Notes under the pieces: generated by a model
Databases searched by the model: none
The model's input: only the letters and a program-made list of their open reading frames with translations
What the model was told of the DNA's origin: nothing
Shown: piece after piece, positions 45,033 to 54,729 of the stretch
Layout: each line of letters starts with the position of its first letter
Position numbering within the stretch: the stretch's first letter is position 1
Program-made: the position numbers and the translations under genes
Source: Chloroflexota bacterium
GTDB taxonomy: Bacteria; Chloroflexota; Dehalococcoidia; Lucifugimonadales; UBA2985
Length of the DNA stretch: 64,000 nucleotides
Reading direction: 5' to 3'
NCBI GenBank assembly: GCA_027622595.1
Contig: JAQBZZ010000003.1
Span: 6,014-70,013 of the forward strand

Positions 45033-46472
45033 CTACAACCTCAGCTTGCCCGGGTTCATTATGTTGCGTGGGTCAAGGGCCGCTTTGATGTTGCGCATCA
45101 CGTCCATACCGGCTCCCAACTCTCGCGGCATCAGATGTGCCAGCTTCACTCCCACGCCGTGCACGTACTCCATGGAGCCTCCCATATCCTGGGCCAGTGT
45201 GACGATCTCGTTGACCGCCTTGTCCAGTCGTCCACCTGTTCCATCGCCCTCGAGGCCGATGTCCACCAGGATCACGGAAAACAACTCCGGTTGAGTCCAC
45301 AGGGCGTATTCCCGCACCTCCAGGTGACTCATGGCAGCGATCTCCTGGCAGCAGAGGCGATACTCCAACACTCGTGAGGCGGGGATGGCGACGTGTGGGT
45401 AGGCAGTGGTCCTGGGCCAGTCTCGCAGGGGCCAATCTCTCACGGGCTTGTCTATGTAGTTCTCCTTGTAGCGGTAAGCCGAGTCGTGGCGGGTGTCCCA
45501 GTACTCCTGGGTCGGGACCGGTCCGATGTCCTCTCCACTGGAAGCAACGCAGACCTTCAAAGTCCTTGCAACCTGGGCTTTGACCTCCTCTGCGTATCCC
45601 TCGAATACCAGATACATCCATGTTTTATACGGGGTTTTATACGGGATGGATGAGTCGTCCGAAGCGCTGCTTTTGGACGTATCTGGCTCTTCTGTCAGGT
45701 CTATCAGGGCGGGTTTGAGGCCTATGGAGAACATCTCAAGCATGGCGTGGAATCCATCCTCGAAGTTGGGAAAAGCTATTGTCTTGAAGAGACGGGACTC
45801 CGGTAGGCGGAAGACCCTGAGGGTAGCCCGGGTTATGATGCCGAAGACACCCTCAGCCCCGATGAACAGGGGGTGAAGGGACGGCCCTGCCGAGGTCTTG
45901 GGCACCGCCCTGGTCTGCATGACCTCTCCGTTGGGCAGGACCACTTCCAGACCCAGTACCTGGTCTCCCATAGAACCGTATTTGGCGGCCCTGTACCCCA
46001 CGCTATTGGTGGATATGGTACCTCCCACGGTCGCTATGGGTACGCTGTAGGGGTCGTGGCCCAGCATGAGCCCCTGCTGGTTGAGGGCGGTGTTGAGGTC
46101 TGCCAGCACGGTGCCAGCCTCCACGGTAGCCGTCATATCCTGGGGGTTCACCTCGACGACACGGCCCATCTTCTTCAGGTCTACGGCTATGCCCCCCTGG
46201 AGCGGCGTAACGGCACCCGTTAACCCCGTGCCTCCGCCGTAGGGTATCAGGGGTATGCGTTCCTCGTAGGCGAGCTTGACTATCTGTGCTACCTCGATGG
46301 TGGAGGAAGGTCGTACCGCTGCGTACACCCGCGGCGTGGATGGGTCTGTCTGTCTGCTCCCCCATCGTCCAAAGGCGTCCAGGGAGTATGCTTCAATGGA
46401 GGACTCGTCCAGCAATACGTCCTCTGGCCCAACGATGCTTTTCAGAGTTTCCAAAGCCGACGGGGAGACCAC
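45033..46472 (-). CDS. FAD-linked oxidase (GlcD / D-lactate dehydrogenase family)
   Basis: PYGGGTGLTGAV in an FAD_binding_4-type N-terminal domain, plus the C-terminal oxidase domain. Confidence 0.85.
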   Translation of the reverse strand: MVSPSALETLKSIVGPEDVLLDESSIEAYSLDAFGRWGSRQTDPSTPRVYAAVRPSSTIEVAQIVKLAYEERIPLIPYGGGTGLTGAVTPLQGGIAVDLKKMGRVVEVNPQDMTATVEAGTVLADLNTALNQQGLMLGHDPYSVPIATVGGTISTNSVGYRAAKYGSMGDQVLGLEVVLPNGEVMQTRAVPKTSAGPSLHPLFIGAEGVFGIITRATLRVFRLPESRLFKTIAFPNFEDGFHAMLEMFSIGLKPALIDLTEEPDTSKSSASDDSSIPYKTPYKTWMYLVFEGYAEEVKAQVARTLKVCVASSGEDIGPVPTQEYWDTRHDSAYRYKENYIDKPVRDWPLRDWPRTTAYPHVAIPASRVLEYRLCCQEIAAMSHLEVREYALWTQPELFSVILVDIGLEGDGTGGRLDKAVNEIVTLAQDMGGSMEYVHGVGVKLAHLMPRELGAGMDVMRNIKAALDPRNIMNPGKLRL

Positions 46473-46552
46473 AGTGTGTTCCTCCTTCAGACCCCATAAT
46501 AGGTTACATCAGGGGTGGTGGGAACCCTGGTGTAGTGTTACACCTATGAATT

Positions 46553-46663
46553 GTCATTGCGAGGAGTCCTTCCTGTATACGGGAAGGACGACGAAGCAAT
46601 CTGGAGGGGGGACACCTCACAGCCAGATTGCCACGACCCTCCTTCGTCGGGCCTCGCAATGAC
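46553..46663. repeat. 111-bp MITE/REP-like element with perfect 12-bp terminal inverted repeats GTCATTGCGAGG / CCTCGCAATGAC
   Basis: Two inverted GTCATTGCGAGG..CGACGAAGCAATC units with an internal hairpin GTCCTTCC/GGAAGGAC. Confidence 0.75.
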
Positions 46664-46692
46664 ATTCGCAACAAGCTTCGGAGACACCACTC

Positions 46693-48075
46693 TCAGCTAA
46701 GGCCTTTGAATCTCCACTTGGTGCCATCGGCGGAGTCCTCCAGGGTCACGCCCAGCTCTTCCAACTGAGTGCGGATTGAGTCGCCCATTTGGAAGTTGCG
46801 TTCGGCCCGCAGTTGGGTGCGGGTCTCCACCAGGAGGTCGATGAAAGGGTAGGCGTCTTTGTGCTCCGAACCAGCTTGCTCGTTCAGAGAAAGGCCGAGG
46901 ACAGATGCCATCTCACGCAGCGCTCGCTGAGCCCCTCCCACTGCCGCGCCCGTCTCCTTGTGACGGTTGATCTCATGCGCCAGGTCAAACATGGAGGCCA
47001 GAGCCTGAGGAGTGTTCAAATCATCGTCCATGGCGGCGAGGAAGCGCTTACGGTAGGTCTCTGCGTCCACCTGGCCTTCGTCTTCACTCTCGGTTTTGCT
47101 CCGCAATGCGTTATGCAACCGCTCCAGCGCGCGGGAGGCGGAGGCCACACCCTCTTCGGTATACATGAGTGGGCTTCTGTAGTGGGACGAAAAGAAGTAC
47201 ATGCGAAGAGTGTCGGGGCTGTGAGTGGCGAGAGCGTCTCGACAGCTGACGAAGTTCCCGGTGTGGCGCGTCATCTTTTCGCTGTCGTCGTCCGGGAGCC
47301 TTAGCAGGCCGTTGTGGACCCAGAAGCGCACGAACGGCGAGGCTCCGGTGTAGACCTCTGATTGGGCGATCTCGTTCTCATGGTGTGGGAAGATGACGTC
47401 CTGTCCGCCGCCGTGAATGTCTATCTGTTTCCCAAGCAGGCTCATGGACATGGCGGTACACTCGATGTGCCAGCCGGGGCGTCCGGGGCCCCAGGGAGTG
47501 GGCCAGGACGGCTCCCCCTCTTTGGACGCCTTCCACAGTGCGAAGTCCATCGGGTCTTCCTTGCGGGGGTCAATCTCGATGCGTGAACCGGCCCTCATGT
47601 CCTCTATGGGGCGTCTGGAGAGATGCCCATAGTTCTGGAAATTACGCACCCTGAAATAGACATCGCCCTCTACAACATAGGCGTTATTCTTCGCGATGAG
47701 GTACTGGATAATCTCTATCATGCGGTCTATGTACTCCGTAGCCCTGGGGTAATCGTGGGCACGTTGTATACCCAGGGCATCCATTTCTCCCAGGAACCGC
47801 TGGATGTAGTGCTCCGCCAGTTCGCCAATGCTGCGCCCTTCCTTTTGAGCCACCTCAATAATGCGGTCCTCTATGTCCGTGAAGTTCTGGACCTGGTGGA
47901 CCCGATGGCCCTGATACTCCAGGTAGCGGCGGAGCACGTCGAAGAATACATACGACAGGGCGTGGCCTATGTGGCAGGGGCCATACAGATTGGGGCCACA
48001 CACGTAGATGGTGACCTCGTCCGCCATGGGGGCGAACTCCCGTTTTTCTCCTGAGAGGGTATCGTACAGTCTCAT
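46693..48075 (-). CDS. cysS: cysteinyl-tRNA synthetase
   Basis: CGPNLYGPCHIGHALSY (HIGH), and WPTPWGPGRPGWHIEC. Confidence 0.92.
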   Translation of the reverse strand: MRLYDTLSGEKREFAPMADEVTIYVCGPNLYGPCHIGHALSYVFFDVLRRYLEYQGHRVHQVQNFTDIEDRIIEVAQKEGRSIGELAEHYIQRFLGEMDALGIQRAHDYPRATEYIDRMIEIIQYLIAKNNAYVVEGDVYFRVRNFQNYGHLSRRPIEDMRAGSRIEIDPRKEDPMDFALWKASKEGEPSWPTPWGPGRPGWHIECTAMSMSLLGKQIDIHGGGQDVIFPHHENEIAQSEVYTGASPFVRFWVHNGLLRLPDDDSEKMTRHTGNFVSCRDALATHSPDTLRMYFFSSHYRSPLMYTEEGVASASRALERLHNALRSKTESEDEGQVDAETYRKRFLAAMDDDLNTPQALASMFDLAHEINRHKETGAAVGGAQRALREMASVLGLSLNEQAGSEHKDAYPFIDLLVETRTQLRAERNFQMGDSIRTQLEELGVTLEDSADGTKWRFKGLS

Positions 48076-48554
48076 ATTTTATCCTCTATGGTGGCGATGG
48101 CCAAAGCTGATATCCCCTCGCCTCGACCGGTGAAGCCCATACCGTCTGAGGTCGTGCTTTTGATGTTCACCTGAGTCTGGCTCAGCCCCAGGGATTCGGC
48201 AATTGTTTTGCACATATCCTCAGAGTGGGAAGCCAGTCTCGGACGTTCGGCGACTATTGTAGCATCGAGGTTTGTTACATGCCAGCCTTGCTGTTTCAGG
48301 AGTTCAGCGCAATAACGGAGAAACTCCAGGCTGGACGCTCCGTGGTATTTGGGGTCTGAAGATGGAAAATAAGTTCCTATGTCCCCAAGGCCTGCGGCCC
48401 CCAGTATGGCATCCACCAGGGCGTGGATCAGGGCGTCCCCATCGCTATGGCCAGCCAGCCCGGCCTCGAAGTCGATCTGGACGCCGCCGAGCCAAAATGG
48501 ACGGCCTGCCTCCAGTCTGTGAGCATCGTATCCTATCCCTGTGCGAACGGACAT
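48072..48554 (-). CDS. ispF: 2-C-methyl-D-erythritol 2,4-cyclodiphosphate synthase
   Basis: GIGYDAHRL and GHSDGDALIHALVDAILGA. ATGA overlap with cysS. Confidence 0.92.
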   Translation of the reverse strand: MSVRTGIGYDAHRLEAGRPFWLGGVQIDFEAGLAGHSDGDALIHALVDAILGAAGLGDIGTYFPSSDPKYHGASSLEFLRYCAELLKQQGWHVTNLDATIVAERPRLASHSEDMCKTIAESLGLSQTQVNIKSTTSDGMGFTGRGEGISALAIATIEDKI

Positions 48555-48614
48555 AATAGACTCCAGTGCTCAGCTTGTCATCCAAAAGAGTTCGGGGGAT
48601 TGATGAGATAGCTC

Positions 48615-49361
48615 CTAAGAGTCGGCTCGGCTTTTAAAAATAGCCTCGGCTAAATACAGGTCAACCTGGGTTGTTATCTTGATGTTTTCCGCAGAACCCG
48701 TGAACACCTTCACGGAGTGTCCCAGCCTCTCCACCAGGGAAGCGTCGTCGGTGACACCATCCGGGTCTCCCCGGTACGCTTCCTGTAGCAGATCGTAATG
48801 GAATACCTGGGGTGTCTGCACCGCTCGCAGGCTCTCTCGTTGCAGGGTCTCCTGGACAGTGCCATCTGCCGACACCTTCTTCATGGTGTCATTCACGGCA
48901 ATCGCCGGGACGGCGGCCCCTGTTTCCAGCACCTTCTCCAGCCCCAATCTTATGATCTCCTGTGTAACGCATGGCCTTGCCCCATCATGCACCATTACCC
49001 ACTCGCATTGCGAGATGTGCTGCAATCCTGCCTTCACTGAGTCCTGGCGTCGTTGTCCGCCAAGGCAGACGTGCTTCAGTTTCTTCCATCCTTCGACGGC
49101 TGCCAGGGATCGTCCCTTTCCCAGGTTGTGCTCTCCCAGAACAAGGACTATTTCATAAACTAGCGGGCATTCTTCGAAGACGGAAATCGTGTGGCTTATT
49201 ACGGGCCTGCCAAGGAGGGGCTCAAATATCTTGTCCCGGGGCTTCATATCTCTGCCCATCATGCGTTGGCTTGCCCCCGCAGCAACGATGATTACTCCCA
49301 CACGAGAGTTATCGCCATCGTTTGCCCTATTGTCTGATGGCGGAGCCGTTCTCTGGGTCAT
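48615..49361 (-). CDS. ispD: 2-C-methyl-D-erythritol 4-phosphate cytidylyltransferase
   Basis: VGVIIVAAGASQRM and VHDGARP. Confidence 0.9.
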   Translation of the reverse strand: MTQRTAPPSDNRANDGDNSRVGVIIVAAGASQRMMGRDMKPRDKIFEPLLGRPVISHTISVFEECPLVYEIVLVLGEHNLGKGRSLAAVEGWKKLKHVCLGGQRRQDSVKAGLQHISQCEWVMVHDGARPCVTQEIIRLGLEKVLETGAAVPAIAVNDTMKKVSADGTVQETLQRESLRAVQTPQVFHYDLLQEAYRGDPDGVTDDASLVERLGHSVKVFTGSAENIKITTQVDLYLAEAIFKSRADS

Positions 49362-49364
49362 CGC

Positions 49365-50414
49365 CTAGATCTCCAGGGGCTGGGCGAAGATGATGCGGCC
49401 CGCGGCTGTCTGGAGCACTCGGGTAACCGAGACTTCAAGATGGGAATTGATATGTCTCTTGCCACCTTCTACAACCACCATGGTTCCGTCATCCAGAAAG
49501 GCTACGCCCTGGCCGAACTCCTTTCCCTCCTGAATGATCCGTACCAACATCTCCTCGCCAGGAAGCACAACAGGCTTGAGGGCGTTGGCCAGCTCGTTGA
49601 TATTGAGTACCCGTACGCCCTGAATCTCGGCGACGCGGTTCAGATTAAAGTCTGTTGTCAGAATCTGAGCTTTTAGGCTCTGGGCCAGTTTCACCAACTT
49701 CGCATCCACCTCGGAGTCATCCCGTGCGTCCACATCCAGGATTTGAATGGGCACCTCGGCTTCCTTCCGCAGCCTGTTCAGCATCTCAAGGCCACGTCTG
49801 CCACGGTTGCGTTTGAGAGCGTCACTGGAGTCCGCAACGTGCCTCAGTTCGTCCAGGATGAACCTGGGAATTACCATGGTGCCGTGCACAAAGCCCGTTT
49901 TGGTTATGTCGGCGATCCTTCCATCTATGATTGCGCTGGTATCCATAAGGACCCGTCCATTTGAGTTGTTTCTATCAGCAACCTCGCCGCGCCTGGAGCG
50001 TTCTGGTAATAGCTGAAACAGCTCTCTCTCCCGGGAGACCATTATTGCAAGACCAAGAGGACCTAGTAGAAGGCTTAAGGCAACTGGTACAGCCACACCC
50101 GGCCATCCCGGTAGCCTGGCAAATGCGATTGAGAGCAGGGCTGCCACCGTGAGTCCAATAACCAGGCCAACGGTGCCTGATACCAACGCACTGAAGGTTA
50201 TGTCGGCAAAGGCCCTGCTGAGACGGGTGATCGGGCGAAGAACCAAATAAGGAGTGAGAATTAGTCCAAAAGCCACGCCTAGGATTAGCCCCCCCAGACC
50301 AAACGGAATAAAGCCGGGATTATTGCTAGCGTCTCCGATCAGGGTTCCCGCCCCCCATCCACCTAGCCCAGCGAGTAGTGCCCCCGCGAGGCGATACCAC
50401 CACTTTGTCCCCAT
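49365..50414 (-). CDS. PIN/TRAM domain protein (YacL-like), membrane anchored
   Basis: N-terminal TM helices, a PIN domain (VLMDTSAIIDGRI, ILTTDFNL) and a C-terminal TRAM domain. Conserved yacL-ispD-ispF-cysS neighbourhood. Confidence 0.85.
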   Translation of the reverse strand: MGTKWWYRLAGALLAGLGGWGAGTLIGDASNNPGFIPFGLGGLILGVAFGLILTPYLVLRPITRLSRAFADITFSALVSGTVGLVIGLTVAALLSIAFARLPGWPGVAVPVALSLLLGPLGLAIMVSRERELFQLLPERSRRGEVADRNNSNGRVLMDTSAIIDGRIADITKTGFVHGTMVIPRFILDELRHVADSSDALKRNRGRRGLEMLNRLRKEAEVPIQILDVDARDDSEVDAKLVKLAQSLKAQILTTDFNLNRVAEIQGVRVLNINELANALKPVVLPGEEMLVRIIQEGKEFGQGVAFLDDGTMVVVEGGKRHINSHLEVSVTRVLQTAAGRIIFAQPLEI

Positions 50415-50664
50415 TTATTTATCTCCTTCCTCCTCCCCTTTTGCGGTAACAATCATCAGGTGCCTCATAAAAACTTAAAGTGCACAAAAGTACACTTTCT
50501 TTGATGGTAGGTACCCTTATGTTTTGTCCCGTTAGATGTCAGAGAATCGAGTGAGCATCCTCCTGCGTTAAGCGCTACCAGATAGTGCATCCACTGCAAC
50601 GGCTCAGATTAACATGGCAGGATGGCAGTGTCAAAATGGAGCCCCCCGGTCTGGGTAGTGAAAC

Positions 50665-50693
50665 TTGACCACCATTCCTTCCTGACCTATGAT
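50665..50693 (+). promoter_or_regulatory. sigma70-like promoter TTGACC-17-TATGAT for tRNA-Pro
   Basis: -35 at 50665-50670 and -10 at 50688-50693. The tRNA 5' end is 9 nt downstream. Confidence 0.55.
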
Positions 50694-50701
50694 GAAGTCC
50701 G

Positions 50702-50777
50702 CGGGGTGTGGCGCAGTTGGCAGCGCGCTACGTTTGGGACGTAGAAGTCGTCGGTTCGAGTCCGACCACCCCGACCA
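50702..50777 (+). tRNA. tRNA-Pro (anticodon UGG), CCA encoded
   Basis: Manual cloverleaf: acceptor CGGGGTG/CACCCCG, D arm GCGC/GCGC, anticodon stem CTACG/CGTAG with loop TTTGGGA (TGG at 50735-50737), T arm GTCGG-TTCGAGT-CCGAC, discriminator A, CCA. Confidence 0.9.
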
Positions 50778-50858
50778 TATGCTCAGGCATGGCCTGAACG
50801 TTGATTGTAGTGTCTACTTGTGGTTTACCAAAGTGAACCCGTTCTTTACGGGCATCCA

Positions 50859-51125
50859 TCATTCGGTGTCTCTGACTACCTCCACTTTTTCCACCCATAC
50901 TGTGGGGAGGTGAATTCTTACGTGTAGCACGGCGTGTTTGGTCGGGAGTGTTGCACCGCATGTGACTTGGCCGTCGTACACCATTGACCCGGTGTACCCG
51001 GCACCTGGATACGTCTCCGGAAGATGTATATTCTCTTCGACGTTGTGTGCGGGACACAGAATCGTGATCACCTGCATGGCAACCCCCATATGTATGTCGC
51101 TACTCTTGAGCGGATAGCCTTCCAC
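50859..51125 (-). CDS. hypothetical small ORF (weak)
   Basis: An 88-aa GTG-start ORF, or 72 aa from the internal ATG preceded by GGGGG. No motif recognised. Sits in the 580-bp gap after tRNA-Pro. Confidence 0.25.
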   Translation of the reverse strand: MEGYPLKSSDIHMGVAMQVITILCPAHNVEENIHLPETYPGAGYTGSMVYDGQVTCGATLPTKHAVLHVRIHLPTVWVEKVEVVRDTE

Positions 51126-51294
51126 CGGAAATCAATCAGGCCCCCTGGCAATCAACCCTGCGATGCACTATACTTGATTTGTTTAGGCGTCCTTTGGATC
51201 AAGGATCATAATAACTTCATGTCCCTGTTACAGACGTGAAGCATCATGCTTCATCCTGCTAGATAGCTCCAGACAAATTAGCTGGACGCAGGTG

Positions 51295-51323
51295 TTGACA
51301 AATTAGTCGTCTGCCTATAGATT
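51295..51323 (+). promoter_or_regulatory. sigma70-like promoter TTGACA-17-TAGATT for the str operon
   Basis: -35 at 51295-51300 and -10 at 51318-51323, about 65 nt upstream of rpsL. Confidence 0.55.
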
Positions 51324-51387
51324 TACTATTTGGCACTCGGGAACGATCTATGTCCTTTGTTTGCCGGAGCTAAAGGAGCATTCAGGT

Positions 51388-51813
51388 ATGCCTACAGTGA
51401 ACCAGTTGGTGAGGAAGCCTAGAGTCAGGGTGGTCAAGAAGGCCAAGGCCCCGGCCCTGCGGTACGGCTTTAACTCATTGAAGAATCGCTTAAAGCGAAC
51501 AGACGGCTCCCCTCAGAAGCGGGGCGTCTGTGTTCAGGTGCGTACGATGACTCCCAAGAAGCCTAACTCAGCCTTGCGGAAGGTGGCTAGGGTGCGTCTG
51601 GCCAATGGGATGGAAGTAACGGCCTACATTCCCGGTGAAGGGCACACTCTTCAGGAGCACTCAGTGGTGCTCATACGGGGAGGGAGGGTCAAGGACCTTC
51701 CCGGAGTTAGGTATCACATCATCAGAGGGGCGCTGGACTGCACAGGGGTGGCAGAGAGAAGGCGGGGGCGAAGCAAATATGGAGCCAAGCAAGTAGCAAG
51801 GGCAGGTAGGTAG
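51388..51813 (+). CDS. rpsL: 30S ribosomal protein S12
   Basis: [12 protein letters not shown]...[24 protein letters not shown]. The track's start at 51361 is rejected. Confidence 0.93.
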   Translation: MPTVNQLVRKPRVRVVKKAKAPALRYGFNSLKNRLKRTDGSPQKRGVCVQVRTMTPKKPNSALRKVARVRLANGMEVTAYIPGEGHTLQEHSVVLIRGGRVKDLPGVRYHIIRGALDCTGVAERRRGRSKYGAKQVARAGR

Positions 51814-51817
51814 AACT

Positions 51818-52288
51818 ATGGCTCGACGCAGACGGTCTACCAAGAGGGAGATTTCGCCGGACCCAAAGTACAACAGTGTGTACTTGGCCGGTTTTATAAA
51901 TAGGGTAATGACTCGGGGCAAGAAATCTGTTGCCCAGCGCATTGTTTATGATGCCTTGGATTTGGTGGAGAAGGAAACCTCCAGGGACCCTATGGAGACG
52001 TTCAACCAGGCGATGAGGAACGCCACCCCTCAGTTGGAAGTGAAACCCAGGCGTGTGGGTGGAGCGACATACCAGGTGCCTATTGAGGTAAGAAGTACCA
52101 GGCAATTATCCCTGGCCATGCGATGGCTTCTCGGGGCTAGCCGTGCCAGGACAGGGCGTCCTATGGCGGAGAGACTGGCCCTTGAGCTTCAGGAAGCCTC
52201 CAGAGGGCAGGGAGCAGCAGTGAGACGAAGAGAGGAAATCCATCGAATGGCCGAGGCTAACAGGGCTTTCGTCCATTATCGTTGGTAG
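51818..52288 (+). CDS. rpsG: 30S ribosomal protein S7
   Basis: MARRRRSTKREISPDPKYNS...VGGATYQVPIEV. Confidence 0.93.
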   Translation: MARRRRSTKREISPDPKYNSVYLAGFINRVMTRGKKSVAQRIVYDALDLVEKETSRDPMETFNQAMRNATPQLEVKPRRVGGATYQVPIEVRSTRQLSLAMRWLLGASRARTGRPMAERLALELQEASRGQGAAVRRREEIHRMAEANRAFVHYRW

Positions 52289-52321
52289 GATTCCTCACAC
52301 AGATCGATACTTAGATTTCCT

Positions 52322-54394
52322 TTGGTTGGATTGGAGAGATTCCCCGTGGATCGTATACGGAATATAGGTTTTATTGCTCACATTGACGCTGGCAAGACCA
52401 CCGTCACGGAGCGCGTTTTGTTCTTTACAGGGCGGACCTACAAGATAGGTGAAGTCCACGACGGCACTGCGGTCATGGACTGGATGGCCCAGGAAAAGGA
52501 ACGGGGAATTACCATTACCGCGGCAGCTACCACGTGTGAGTGGAAAGGCTACCGCATCAACATCATAGATACGCCGGGCCATGTGGATTTCACGGCAGAG
52601 GTTGAGAGGAGTCTCCGGGTTCTGGACGGTGGGGTGGTGGTCTTTGACGCGGTGTCCGGGGTGCAGCCCCAATCGGAGACGGTATGGAGGCAGGCCGATA
52701 AGTACCATGTACCCCGAATCTGCTTCATAAACAAGATGGACCGGGTGGGCGCCAATTTTCAGCGTACGATAGATATGATCTCCGACAGGCTTAGTGCAAA
52801 CCCTGTTGCAGTACAGATTCCGGTGGGAGAAGAGATATCCTTTGTGGGAGTGATAGACCTGGTGGAAGAGAAGGCAATAATGTTCTCAGATGAGGGGGGG
52901 TTCATTCCCACCGAAGCCCCTATTCCAGAGGAGATGCTTGAGCATGTCCGCGGCTACAGGGATAGGCTGGTGGAAAAAGTAGCGGAAACCGATGACATTC
53001 TGATGAGTAAGTATCTTGATGAGAAGCCCATCTCCAAAGAGGAGATAAAGCAGGCCATCAGGCGGGCCACCATCAAGAATCTCATTGTCCCCGTGCTGTG
53101 TGGCAGCGCTCTCAAAAATAAAGGTATTCAGGGTATGCTGGATGCCGTGTGCGAATACCTTCCTTCCCCCTTGGATGTCCCTCCCGTCAGCGGGATTCGC
53201 CCCAAAACGGGTGAAGTGGTGTTTATGAAGGCTGATGAGTCCGCTCCCTTCTCCGCCCTGGCTTTCAAAGTCATGACAGACCCTCACGTAGGGCGTCTGG
53301 TATACCTCAGGGTATATTCGGGTCAGATGAAGGCGGGTACAGCAGTGTACAACTCCACCAAGGCCACCCGTGAGCGGATGGGTAGAACTCTCAGCATGCA
53401 TGCCAACCGTCGGGAGGAAACGGAGGTCATCTCTGCTGGAGACATTGCTGCTGCCGTAGGCTTGAAAAACACCTTCACCGGGGACACTATTTGCAGCGAG
53501 GGCTCGCCGGTGATTCTGGAATCGATTCGTTTTCCGGAGCCGGTGGTGTCCGTAGCAATAGAGCCGAAGACCAAGATGGACCAGGAAAAGCTCATCGACT
53601 CCCTGATAAAGCTGTCCGAGGAAGACCCGACCTTCAGGATCAAAGTGGATGATGAGACCGGGCAGACCATAATGTCAGGTATGGGAGAGCTGCACCTAGA
53701 AGTGCTTGTGGAGAGGCTGAGAAGCGAATTTCAGGTGGCGGCCAACATAGGCCGGCCCAAGGTATCTTATCGGGAGACCATCACCGAGCCCGCGAGGGCG
53801 GAGGGCAGGTTTATCCGCCAGACTGGCGGCCATGGACAGTTTGGCCACGTGTGGCTGGAGCTTGAACCTCTGGAGAGAAACGCTGGCATCCAGTTTGAGA
53901 ACAAGATTCGTGGAGCGGCCATTCCAAAGGAGTACATCCCTTCGGTTGAGAAGGGGGTGAGGGAGGCCCTGGAGACCGGCGTTCTGGCTGGCTATCCCGT
54001 GATAGACACAAAGATATCCCTGGTGGATGGCAGCTATCATCCCGTTGACTCATCTGAAATGGCGTTCAAGATGGCTGGCTCTATAGGTGTGAAAGAAGGC
54101 GTAAGGAAGGCCAAAGCCGTGCTCCTTGAGCCCATCATGGAGGTGGAGGTGGTCACCCCGGAAGAGTTCCTGGGCGAGGTGTTGGGCGACCTGGGTGGTC
54201 GGAGGTCACGCATTCGCAACATTGATGGTCAGGGGGCCTTGCAAACTGTGCAAGCATATGTGCCATTGGCAGAGACCTTTGGATACATCACCACCCTGCG
54301 CTCTCTTACGCAGGGGAGGGCCAGCCAGACCATGGAGTTTGGTCACTATGAGGAAGTTCCCCAGGCAGTTGCCCTGGAATTGGTGAAGGGATAG
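52322..54394 (+). CDS. fusA: elongation factor G
   Basis: [23 protein letters not shown] and NKMD. The exact TTG/GTG start is uncertain within the first about 10 codons. Confidence 0.93.
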   Translation: MVGLERFPVDRIRNIGFIAHIDAGKTTVTERVLFFTGRTYKIGEVHDGTAVMDWMAQEKERGITITAAATTCEWKGYRINIIDTPGHVDFTAEVERSLRVLDGGVVVFDAVSGVQPQSETVWRQADKYHVPRICFINKMDRVGANFQRTIDMISDRLSANPVAVQIPVGEEISFVGVIDLVEEKAIMFSDEGGFIPTEAPIPEEMLEHVRGYRDRLVEKVAETDDILMSKYLDEKPISKEEIKQAIRRATIKNLIVPVLCGSALKNKGIQGMLDAVCEYLPSPLDVPPVSGIRPKTGEVVFMKADESAPFSALAFKVMTDPHVGRLVYLRVYSGQMKAGTAVYNSTKATRERMGRTLSMHANRREETEVISAGDIAAAVGLKNTFTGDTICSEGSPVILESIRFPEPVVSVAIEPKTKMDQEKLIDSLIKLSEEDPTFRIKVDDETGQTIMSGMGELHLEVLVERLRSEFQVAANIGRPKVSYRETITEPARAEGRFIRQTGGHGQFGHVWLELEPLERNAGIQFENKIRGAAIPKEYIPSVEKGVREALETGVLAGYPVIDTKISLVDGSYHPVDSSEMAFKMAGSIGVKEGVRKAKAVLLEPIMEVEVVTPEEFLGEVLGDLGGRRSRIRNIDGQGALQTVQAYVPLAETFGYITTLRSLTQGRASQTMEFGHYEEVPQAVALELVKG

Positions 54395-54404
54395 GATAGA
54401 AGTT

Positions 54405-54713
54405 ATGCCTCAGCAGAAGATTCGCATAGTATTAAGGGCATTCGACCACAAAATCCTGGACATTTCCGCAACCCAGATAGTGGAGACGGCGGAGCGGACG
54501 GGTGCGGGTGTGGCCGGGCCTGTGCCATTGCCAACGTCTATCAGGAGGTTCTGCGTCATTCGCTCTCCTCATGTAGACAAGGACTCTCGGGAGCATTTCG
54601 AGTTGCGCTCTCACAAGCGCCTCATAGATATTCTGGACCCCAGTTCCAAGACCATTGACGCCCTCACGCGGCTCAGCGTACCTGCGGGTGTGGACATTTC
54701 TATCAAAACTTAG
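54405..54713 (+). CDS. rpsJ: 30S ribosomal protein S10
   Basis: [16 protein letters not shown]...PLPT...[14 protein letters not shown]. Confidence 0.93.
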   Translation: MPQQKIRIVLRAFDHKILDISATQIVETAERTGAGVAGPVPLPTSIRRFCVIRSPHVDKDSREHFELRSHKRLIDILDPSSKTIDALTRLSVPAGVDISIKT

Positions 54714-54729
54714 TTAGTTAGGAAGGTTT

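Noticed and set aside
50689-50913. 74-aa plus-strand ORF
   Set aside because: It overlaps the tRNA-Pro gene.
50702-51294. Integrated element at tRNA-Pro
   Set aside because: There is no integrase or phage genes, and I could find no direct repeat of the tRNA 3' end downstream.
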